From Caldilineaceae bacterium (GTDB lineage: Bacteria > Chloroflexota > Anaerolineae > Caldilineales > Caldilineaceae), in assembly GCA_965221345.1 (NCBI GenBank), contig CBDCSD010000001.1, forward strand, positions 1,062,455 through 1,126,454: a stretch of 64,000 nt of DNA, in the 5' to 3' direction. Of the stretch, positions 56,991-64,000 are shown piece by piece. Made by a program: the position numbers and the translations under genes. Numbering within the stretch: position 1 is the first letter of the stretch; each line of letters opens with the position of its first letter. The notes beneath the pieces are model-generated. The model made no database searches. It saw nothing but the letters and a program-made list of their open reading frames with translations, and was not told the DNA's origin.

Positions 56991-57530
56991 AAGACCCCCT
57001 ACCGGCACTTGTCTGAATCGACCATTTGTGCTAAGGTCAGCGCCTGCTGGGCTAGACGGGAACTGTCTTACAACCGCAAGCAGAGCTGCAGCCCACAAGG
57101 ACGAAAACGAAATGTCATTCCGTCACCCGTTCCCGGCGATCCGACCGGCCATTGCCATCACCGAAAGCGACAACAAAATCACCCAACTTGACCTGCCCGA
57201 GCTGCAATGGTGGCCGATTATTCCGACGCTTGGCGACCCTATTCCTGAACCCAAGGGCGAGCGCCCGATGCTGGCATGAGCAGGTGAGAAGAGGCAAGCA
57301 TGGCAGACGGATAGTGGGGGGCGAAGCAGGCGCTGTTGGGGTGGGGCGGTGTGTGAAGAATGAGCGGGGACGGACGGGGGCACGCAAACTTGACAATTTT
57401 AGGAATTCAAGGCAAATTGTCATAATATGAATACAACATTTAATCGAAATACACGCCTTCATTCTTGACTTGTGTATATGGTCCTGTCGTTGTAGATTAT
57501 GACATCTTGAGAAAGGAAGGAAGCAAGGTT

Positions 57531-58067
57531 ATGTCGACAGAAAATCTACAAATTCGTGTCGTTAAGAGTCGCCCCGACATTTTCGAGCAAGTCATTCTAT
57601 TTGTGTTGGACAAAGTTGGGGCTAAACCAAATGTTGGAGAAACGGTTCTCCATAAACTCTTCTATTTTATCGACTTCGACTATTACGAGAAATATGAAGA
57701 GACTCTGATGGGAGAAACGTATGTTAAGAGTAATTATGGGCCAACATCCGTAAGTCTGGTTCGGAAATTGAACAGCATGGAAGAGAAAGGAGAAATCGAA
57801 AAAACGGAGAGAGAATATCATAATTATGTTCAGAGGAAATACCTTATAGCTGGGCACCTGAAGCCACACACTCTGTCAGCCCGCGATGTCGAGCATATTG
57901 AAGGTGTACTGGATCGGCTCTCTGACATGAGCGCTACAGAGATATCTGAGTACTCCCACAATGATACTCCCTGGAAATGCGCTGCGTTCGACCAACCAAT
58001 TCCCTATGAGAGTGTCTTTTACCGCGACGACGTATACTCCGTTAAGGAGTATGACGATGAAATTTGA
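57531..58067 (+). CDS. Panacea (DUF4065) domain protein, SocA-like antitoxin candidate
   Basis: 178 aa. VLHKLFYFIDFDYYEKYEETLMGETYVKSNYGPTSVSL and the C-terminal LSARDVEHIEGVLDRLSDMSATEISEYSHNDTPW fit the DUF4065 pattern. AAGGAAGGAAG upstream. Low GC. Confidence 0.7.
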   Translation: MSTENLQIRVVKSRPDIFEQVILFVLDKVGAKPNVGETVLHKLFYFIDFDYYEKYEETLMGETYVKSNYGPTSVSLVRKLNSMEEKGEIEKTEREYHNYVQRKYLIAGHLKPHTLSARDVEHIEGVLDRLSDMSATEISEYSHNDTPWKCAAFDQPIPYESVFYRDDVYSVKEYDDEI

Positions 58068-58208
58068 AAGGGATCTACATAGCGAATCCAATCGATATTT
58101 CTTGCTTCTACGATTCCAAGGTGCAGCCCGTGTGAAAAGTCTTGGGATCAGATTGAACTATTAAGTAACTATGTCCATGTCTTACTCTTCTACCATTAAG
58201 GGATATTT

Positions 58209-58562
58209 GTGGACAAACTTCAATGCAATGAACTACGTCAATTCACAAGGGATTTCAAGAGACTATCAAAGAAATATCGTTCACTTCCCGATGATCTTGC
58301 TCAATTCATTAAGATTATTTCTGCTGAACCTCCTAAGCCATCTCAACGTGTTAGTATCATTACACAACATGAATCCTTGTGGATCATAAAAGCCCGTTTG
58401 GCATGTACGTATTTGAAGAATAGTGACCTTCGCATCATCTTTGCATATTTTACTCAAGAGCGCAGGGTAGATTTCATTGAACTCTATTTCAAGGGAGACA
58501 AAGACCGCGAAGACAGAGCACGAATCGAAAGGTATTTGCAAGAGCGGCAAGATAACGTTTAG
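58209..58562 (+). CDS. RelE/ParE-superfamily toxin candidate
   Basis: 117 aa, GTG start. FTRDFKRLSKKYRSLPDDLAQFI.. then LRIIFAYFTQERRVDFIELYFKGDKDREDRARIERYL matches the F.K.FKKL.KKYRSL / RVIY...L..IY.K pattern of this toxin family. Confidence 0.65.
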   Translation: MDKLQCNELRQFTRDFKRLSKKYRSLPDDLAQFIKIISAEPPKPSQRVSIITQHESLWIIKARLACTYLKNSDLRIIFAYFTQERRVDFIELYFKGDKDREDRARIERYLQERQDNV

Positions 58563-58599
58563 ACTAAGCACCGCAGTCAAGATATCAACAGACCAGACG

Positions 58600-58633
58600 C
58601 GTCCCGATGGAAACATCGGGACGTTATTCGTTT
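58600..58633 (+). terminator. Rho-independent-type terminator after the toxin gene
   Basis: CGTCCCGATG - GAAA - CATCGGGACG (perfect 10-bp stem, GNRA-like loop) followed by TTATTCGTTT. Confidence 0.65.
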
Positions 58634-58661
58634 CAGCTAACTGATTGCGCCCAGACCAATA

Positions 58662-61600
58662 ATGCCCACCCTCACCCTCAAACCCACGCATAAGCCGGTC
58701 AAATCCTACTACGCCGCGCTCGACCGGTTCGCCCAACTCGGCGTTACGCATGAGAGCGCGGTGCGCGCCGCCTTCCAGACTCTGCTCGAACACTGTGCCC
58801 GCCAGTGTGGCTGGACGCTGGTGCCGGAACACGCCATCAGCCCGCAGCGCAACAAGCGCATTGTCGTCGACGGCGCGCTGATCGACGATTTCCGGCTGAC
58901 GCACGGCTACTGGGAGGCAAAGGACATCGACGACGACCTGCCCACCGAAGTCGAGCGCAAATTCGCGGCCGGCTACCCGCGCGACAACATCCTCTTCCAG
59001 ACGCCGCAGCGGGCGATGCTGTGGCAGAACGGGCGGTTGGCGCTGGACGCCGACCTGACGGACGCGGGGGAGCTGATCGAGACGTTGCAGATGTTCTTCG
59101 GCTACCGCCCGCAGGAGTACGCGGCGTGGGAGGAGGCGGTCGCCCAGTTCAAAGACAGGGTGGCCGACATCGGGAACGGCCTGGCAGAGCTGATCCGGAA
59201 GGAGCGGCAGAGCAACCGCCGCTTCACCGCCGCCTTCGCCGAGTTTCTGGACAAATGCCGCCAGTCGATCAACCCAAATCTGGCCGAGGCCGCGGTCGAG
59301 GAGATGCTGATCCAGCACCTGCTGACCGAGCGGCTCTTCCGCACTGTCTTCAACAACCCGGACTTCACCCGTCGCAACGTCATCGCCAATGAAATAGATA
59401 GCGTGATCAACGCGCTCACCTCGCACTCGTTCAGCCGCGACGAGTTCCTGAAGAGCCTGGACCCCTTCTACGCCGCCATCGAGCGCACGGCGGCGACGAT
59501 CAGCGATTTTTCGCAGAAGCAGCACTTTCTCAACACGGTCTACGAGCAGTTCTTCCAGGGCTATTCGGTCAAGGTGGCGGATACACACGGCATCGTCTAC
59601 ACGCCGCAGCCGATCGTCGATTTCATGGTGAAGAGCGTGGCCGCGATCCTGGAGCGGGAGTTTGGCCGTTCGCTGGCCGACGAGGGCGTTCACATCATCG
59701 ACCCGTTCGTCGGCACCGGCAACTTCATCGTGCGCATGATGCGCGAGATCCCGCGCACTGCGCTGGCGCGCAAATACGCCTCCGAGCTGCACTGCAACGA
59801 GGTGATGCTGCTGCCCTACTACATCGCCAGCATGAATATCGAGCACGAGTACTACGACGCCACCGGCAGGTACGAGCCGTTCGAGCGCATCTGCCTGGTG
59901 GACACGTTCGACCTGGCCGAGGACCGCCAGCTGCCGCTGTTCGCGCCGGAGAACACGCAGCGGGTAGAAAACCAGAAGCGGTTGCCGATGTACGTGGTGA
60001 TCGGCAATCCGCCCTACAACGTGGGGCAGGTGAACGAGAACGACAACAACAAGAACCGTAAGTACCCGACGATGGACAGGCGGGTTGCGGAGACGTATGC
60101 AAAAGCCTCTATGGCGACGAATAAGAATAAACTCTCCGATGCCTACGTAAAGTCAATTCGCTGGGCATCGGATCGGATAGGCAAAGAAGGAGTGGTTGCC
60201 TTCGTGACCAACAATGGGTTTCTCGATAGTATTTCGTTTGATGGGATGCGAAAATACCTCGCCGAGGGCTTCGATGCGATCTACATCTTAGATTTGGGCG
60301 GGAACGTGCGGAAGAATCCGAAGCTGTCAGGCACGACGCACAACGTTTTTGGCATTCAGGTCGGTGTCAGTATCAATTTCCTTATCAAGAAGAGCGGCAA
60401 GGCAGATACACAAACTGGAATGTTCTACGCACGTGTCGATCAGAACTGGCGTAAGGAAGAGAAGCACCGATTTCTCGACGCGAAAGAACAGTACGGCAAT
60501 ATCGACTGGAAGCCGATAACGCCGGATAAGCGGCACACTTGGCTTACCGAGGGACAGCACGCCGAATATGAAAGCTTTATCCCAATTGGAACTAGGGAAG
60601 CGAAGACTGGGAAAGGCGAGGCAATTGATGTGACATTTGAGATTTATAGTCTCGGTGTCAGTACGAACCGTGACGCTTGGGCTCGAAATTTCAATCGCAG
60701 CGCACTTACTGAGAATATGCGTCGGATGATCGATACTTATAACGGACAGGTGTTCAAGTGGGAGCGTCAGACGAGTCCTAGTACAACCGTTGACGACTAT
60801 GTGGTATACGATGACAAAGAGATCAGTTGGAGTAGGGACCTAAAAGCGAAGTTGAAGCGTGGCAGGTTCGCTGAATACGCTGAACACAAGGTCAGGGAAT
60901 CACTTTATCGACCGTTTACAAAGTCACACCTCTACTTTGACCGGGCGATGAACGATATGGTGTATGTCGTCCCGTCCATCTTCCCCTCAATGGATTCCGA
61001 AGAAGAAAATAGAGCTATTTGCATGACTGATAAGGGTTCTGAGAAGCCATTTATGACTTTGATGAGTTGCCAAATTGCTGATTTACATTTGGTGGGTGCA
61101 GGCTGCGGCTCCCAATGCTTCCCCTTCTACACCTACGACGAGGACGGCAGCAATCGCCGCGAAAACATCACCGACTGGGCGCTGGCCCGATTCCGCGCCC
61201 AGTACGGCGACGAGACGATCAGCAAGTGGGACATCTTCCACTACGTCTACGGCCTGCTGCACCATCCCGTTTACCGTGAACGTTACCAGGCCAACTTGAA
61301 GCGCGAGTTGCCGCGCATCCCCTTCGCCCCCGACTTTCGCGCCTTCGCTGCGGCCGGCGCGCGCTTGGCGCAGATCCACGTCGGCTATGAGGAGCAGCCG
61401 CAATACCCGCTCCAACAGATCGAAACGCCGCAGATGGCACTCGACTGGCGCGTCGAGAAGATGCGCCTCTCCAAAGACAAAGCGCAGCTGCGCTACAACG
61501 GCTTCCTGACGCTGGACGGCATCCCCGCCGAAGCGTTCAACTACCGCCTGGGCAACCGCTCAGCGCTGGAGTGGGTGATCGACCAGTACCGCGTCAAGAC

Positions 61601-61778
61601 CGACAAACGCAGCGGCATCGTCAACGACCCCAACCGCGCCGACGAACCGGAGTACATTGTACGCCTGATCGGCAAGGTGATCAGCGTCAGCCTGGAGACG
61701 GTGGCGATTGTAGAGGGTTTGCCGGATTTGGGAATTGAGGACGCAAAAGAGGAGAAGCCCCCCGCCGTCCACGCATAA
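58662..61778 (+). CDS. Single-chain restriction-modification enzyme candidate (Type IIG / Type ISP-like: PD-(D/E)XK-like N-terminus + gamma-class N6-adenine methyltransferase + Type ISP-like C-terminal specificity domain; no helicase)
   Basis: 1038 aa. VVDGAL(x11)YWEAKD gives D70..E85-A-K87. Motif I is IIDPFVGTGNF (about 59699-59725) and motif IV is IGNPPYNV (NPPY at 60006-60017). The C-terminus LPRIPF..VGYEE..YNGFLTLDGIPAEAFNYRLGNRSALEWVIDQYRVKTDKRSGIVNDPN is typical of the Type ISP C-terminal domain. Confidence 0.75.
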   Translation: MPTLTLKPTHKPVKSYYAALDRFAQLGVTHESAVRAAFQTLLEHCARQCGWTLVPEHAISPQRNKRIVVDGALIDDFRLTHGYWEAKDIDDDLPTEVERKFAAGYPRDNILFQTPQRAMLWQNGRLALDADLTDAGELIETLQMFFGYRPQEYAAWEEAVAQFKDRVADIGNGLAELIRKERQSNRRFTAAFAEFLDKCRQSINPNLAEAAVEEMLIQHLLTERLFRTVFNNPDFTRRNVIANEIDSVINALTSHSFSRDEFLKSLDPFYAAIERTAATISDFSQKQHFLNTVYEQFFQGYSVKVADTHGIVYTPQPIVDFMVKSVAAILEREFGRSLADEGVHIIDPFVGTGNFIVRMMREIPRTALARKYASELHCNEVMLLPYYIASMNIEHEYYDATGRYEPFERICLVDTFDLAEDRQLPLFAPENTQRVENQKRLPMYVVIGNPPYNVGQVNENDNNKNRKYPTMDRRVAETYAKASMATNKNKLSDAYVKSIRWASDRIGKEGVVAFVTNNGFLDSISFDGMRKYLAEGFDAIYILDLGGNVRKNPKLSGTTHNVFGIQVGVSINFLIKKSGKADTQTGMFYARVDQNWRKEEKHRFLDAKEQYGNIDWKPITPDKRHTWLTEGQHAEYESFIPIGTREAKTGKGEAIDVTFEIYSLGVSTNRDAWARNFNRSALTENMRRMIDTYNGQVFKWERQTSPSTTVDDYVVYDDKEISWSRDLKAKLKRGRFAEYAEHKVRESLYRPFTKSHLYFDRAMNDMVYVVPSIFPSMDSEEENRAICMTDKGSEKPFMTLMSCQIADLHLVGAGCGSQCFPFYTYDEDGSNRRENITDWALARFRAQYGDETISKWDIFHYVYGLLHHPVYRERYQANLKRELPRIPFAPDFRAFAAAGARLAQIHVGYEEQPQYPLQQIETPQMALDWRVEKMRLSKDKAQLRYNGFLTLDGIPAEAFNYRLGNRSALEWVIDQYRVKTDKRSGIVNDPNRADEPEYIVRLIGKVISVSLETVAIVEGLPDLGIEDAKEEKPPAVHA

Positions 61779-61793
61779 AGGAGAACAACACGA

Positions 61794-62717
61794 ATGAAAC
61801 ACGACGCCAGCAAACATCTCGTCTACCTCAGCGGCGAGATGCTGCCGCCGGATCAGGCCAGGATATCCGTTTTCGACACGGCCGTAACCCTGGGCGATAC
61901 CGTTACCGAGTCGACCCGCACTTTCGGCCACAAACCCTTCAAGCTGGAGCGGCACATCGACCGCCTCTACAAATCGCTCAAGGTCAGCCGCATCAATCCG
62001 GGGCTGTCACCGGCGGAGATGACCGCCATCACTCTCGAAGTCCTGGAGACCAACCTGCCCCACGTGCCGCCACAGGAGGATGTCTGGATCGTGCACAACA
62101 TCTCGCGCGGCATGGGCGCGGCCGCGGCCGACCCCACCCTGCAACGCTCCCCTGCCACCATCATCATCAACACCGCGCCCATGATTCTGAAAGACTGGGC
62201 TGGCTTCTACACCGCCGGCTGTCACGCTGTGACGCCCTTCAGCCGCGCAATCCCCACGCAGTCGCTCGACGCGCGCATCAAGAATCGCAGCCGCCTCGCC
62301 TATACCCTGGCCGAAGCCGAGGTCAAACTGGTCGACCCGCAGGCGCAGAGCATTATTCTGGATACCGATGGCAACGTAACCGAAAACAAGGGCGGCAACT
62401 TCTTCATCTGGGCTGATGGTGTTCTCAAGACGCCCCACGCTCGCGGCGCACTCGCCGGCATCTCCCGCGAGACCGCTCTCGAACTGGCCTGCGAACTGGA
62501 CATTCCCACGCAAATTACCGACTTCCAGCCCTACGACATCTACACAGCCGACGAGGCCTTTTTCACCAGTACGCCCTACTGCATTATGCCGGCCACCAAG
62601 TTCAACGGCCTGCCGGTAGGCGAAGGCGCGGTCGGTCCCATGACCATGCGTCTGCTGCAGGCCTGGAGCGACCTGGTGGGCCTCGATATCGTGGCTCAGG
62701 CCCAAAGTCATTTGTGA
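61794..62717 (+). CDS. Class IV aminotransferase (branched-chain / D-amino-acid aminotransferase family)
   Basis: 307 aa. VFDTAVTLGDTVTESTRTF, LERHIDRLYKS and GGNFFIWADGVLKTP..ALAGISRET. AAAGGAG upstream, 16 nt after the preceding stop. Confidence 0.8.
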   Translation: MKHDASKHLVYLSGEMLPPDQARISVFDTAVTLGDTVTESTRTFGHKPFKLERHIDRLYKSLKVSRINPGLSPAEMTAITLEVLETNLPHVPPQEDVWIVHNISRGMGAAAADPTLQRSPATIIINTAPMILKDWAGFYTAGCHAVTPFSRAIPTQSLDARIKNRSRLAYTLAEAEVKLVDPQAQSIILDTDGNVTENKGGNFFIWADGVLKTPHARGALAGISRETALELACELDIPTQITDFQPYDIYTADEAFFTSTPYCIMPATKFNGLPVGEGAVGPMTMRLLQAWSDLVGLDIVAQAQSHL

Positions 62718-62754
62718 AGTGAGAAGGGTGGAGAGCGGGGCGGCCCAACAGGCC

Positions 62755-63423
62755 TCAGTGTGAGGGGACCCTTTCAAACACTGTAATCTGCCAGAATCCT
62801 TCCGTGTCCGCATGCACCTGCTCCAGGCCATCCCGGACGGCGATTGAGTGAACCTCCGCGTGGGGATGCACGAAAGTGCGGAAATCCTTGCGTTTCAACT
62901 TGAGGTACACGTTGAACAGCCCGAATGCAATGCGTACCCACCACTTTTCTCTGGGATAACTCAGAGCAAGATATCGCTCGGCCTTGCTCGCTGAGGCCCC
63001 GAGCAGCTGGTTCAGATGGGGATAGCAGCAGATCACCCGGTCCAGGACCACTGCATCGGCGGAGTCGATCCCGTCGGCGGCGGCAGTGAAGTCGCCGTGA
63101 AGATATTGCACTTGGCTGTCCTGGCCCAATCGCTCGCTAATCGTGCGGGCGGCGTTGATATACGCAGAGGAAGCCTCGACGGCCACCGCGCTTTCGGCAA
63201 GGCCTCGGCGCAGCAGTTCATGATGCACGCCGCCGGCCCCGCTACCGACATCTAACAAACGAAGCGGTTCGGCACAGTTCTCCACCAGAAATGCAATCAG
63301 GGCTTCGCCCCGCGCCTCCAAGCCATTACGAATGTAGGCGTCGGCCTCTCTGTTCGCCCATTCGGTATCGAACATTCCCTCATAATCGCCGGACTCGGGC
63401 GGTTGGCAACAAGGGCACGGCAT
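62755..63423 (-). CDS. Class I SAM-dependent methyltransferase
   Basis: LRLLDVGSGAGGVHHELL (motif I) and AVVLDRVICCYP. The N-terminus has a Cys cluster, MPCPCCQPPE. Confidence 0.75.
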   Translation of the reverse strand: MPCPCCQPPESGDYEGMFDTEWANREADAYIRNGLEARGEALIAFLVENCAEPLRLLDVGSGAGGVHHELLRRGLAESAVAVEASSAYINAARTISERLGQDSQVQYLHGDFTAAADGIDSADAVVLDRVICCYPHLNQLLGASASKAERYLALSYPREKWWVRIAFGLFNVYLKLKRKDFRTFVHPHAEVHSIAVRDGLEQVHADTEGFWQITVFERVPSH

Positions 63424-63441
63424 AGGACATCTCCTGGTAAG

Positions 63442-64000
63442 CTAATTGCGATTGGCTGTAGCGCTGGGCGGAAATAACAGATGCAAACGCGCCAGTGTTA
63501 CCTCCGGTTGCCATACGTCAATTTCGACTGTTGGGATCTGTGTTTCAAAGTTGTAAACGACCAAACGCAAATCGTAATTACCGGACTGGAGATCGGCTGG
63601 AAAGTCAATAAGAAACATAGAGTCGGCTACCTCGTTGTCAGTCCAGCTGCTGGTGGGTGTGTGGTTTGCCAACTTTCTGATCTTACTATCGGCCTGGTAG
63701 ACGATTTCGCCGCTGTCATTGTAGAGGCGCAATGACAAGGCGTAGTCAACATCCAAAGGCGGGCCAATTTGCCACTGCAGGAAACCCCACAATGAGCCCT
63801 CTTGCTCCAGTTCAATCGACTGGTGGGAAGCCAATTGGTCCTGTCCTTGTCCTAAGGCAATCCCTGTAAGAGCGATGCCACCATCATAACGGACAGTGAT
63901 CGGCTCCAAGTAATCATAGAGAGTCCAGGATCGATCTAGGGATACATCCGTATACTCGTGGACACTAAATTCCGAATACTGTTCTGTACTCAAATATCGA
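63442..64000 (-). CDS. Hypothetical protein, C-terminal part (N-terminus probably beyond the window end)
   Basis: The frame is open to the last base of the window. The track start (63993) is a TTG with in-frame sense codons upstream. No family was recognised. Confidence 0.5.
   Translation of the reverse strand, partial: RYLSTEQYSEFSVHEYTDVSLDRSWTLYDYLEPITVRYDGGIALTGIALGQGQDQLASHQSIELEQEGSLWGFLQWQIGPPLDVDYALSLRLYNDSGEIVYQADSKIRKLANHTPTSSWTDNEVADSMFLIDFPADLQSGNYDLRLVVYNFETQIPTVEIDVWQPEVTLARLHLLFPPSATANRN

Noticed and set aside
57028-57279. Small plus-strand ORF (internal ATG at 57112 would give MSFRHPFPAIRPAIAITESDNKITQLDLPELQWWPIIPTLGDPIPEPKGERPMLA)
   Set aside because: No recognisable family, no clear SD, and GC-rich context between the element and the TA pair. 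It could be a real small protein or a gene stump. It needs conservation or expression evidence.
57390-57428. Sigma70-type promoter for the TA pair (TTGACA at 57390-57395, CATAAT/TAATAT at 57421-57428; also TTGACT at about 57466)
   Set aside because: Spacing between the candidate -35 and -10 hexamers is 25 nt or otherwise non-canonical, and the promoter consensus for this organism is unknown.
58281-59846. 521-aa minus-strand ORF opposite the RM gene
   Set aside because: It is an antisense shadow ORF in GC-rich coding DNA, with an Arg/Ala/Gly/Val-rich translation and no motifs. The plus-strand product carries clear methyltransferase motifs.
1-64000. tRNA, rRNA, tmRNA or riboswitch genes
   Set aside because: I scanned the larger intergenic regions (1311-1762, 10228-10346, 15654-16600, 25870-26494, 29677-29955, 51258-51603, 56283-57530) by eye and saw no cloverleaf-like or rRNA-like sequence. 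This is not a substitute for covariance-model searches.

Overview
High-GC (roughly 60% by eye) bacterial chromosomal segment. The phylum cannot be established from the sequence alone. Most of it is minus-strand carbohydrate uptake and catabolism genes: five CUT1-type sugar ABC importer cassettes (solute-binding protein plus two permeases, none with an ATPase gene), one DppBC-type permease pair, and a partial family-5 binding protein at the left edge. The enzymes include two Gfo/Idh/MocA oxidoreductases, two tandem aldo/keto reductases, ThuA, a TPP enzyme, three PhyH-type dioxygenases, three aminotransferases, an AGE epimerase, glycoside hydrolases (clan GH-A, DUF2961/GH172, a beta-propeller type), ROK, a bicupin, a transaldolase-like protein and two fatty-acid-hydroxylase paralogs. 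Accessory content: an intact IS701-family IS with perfect 16-bp inverted repeats; an ISAs1 transposase remnant next to a decayed paralog of a local gene; a segmental duplication joined to a mosaic of gene fragments; and a HicB-HicA pair whose toxin has an in-frame stop. There are also two copies of an inverted-repeat-bounded, hairpin-rich element, one of them carrying a 58-bp tandem array. Each copy lies directly upstream of a plus-strand accessory module. The first module is a tandem pair of DUF4058 (PD-(D/E)XK-like) genes. The second is a low-GC Panacea-domain antitoxin plus RelE/ParE-like toxin, followed by a 1038-aa single-chain nuclease-methyltransferase-specificity enzyme (Type IIG / Type ISP-like) whose central third has a visibly different base composition. 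The 56.7-61.8 kb island and the repeated element are my best candidates for something new. No rRNA, tRNA or CRISPR array was recognised by eye. All family assignments come from reading the translations, not from searches.
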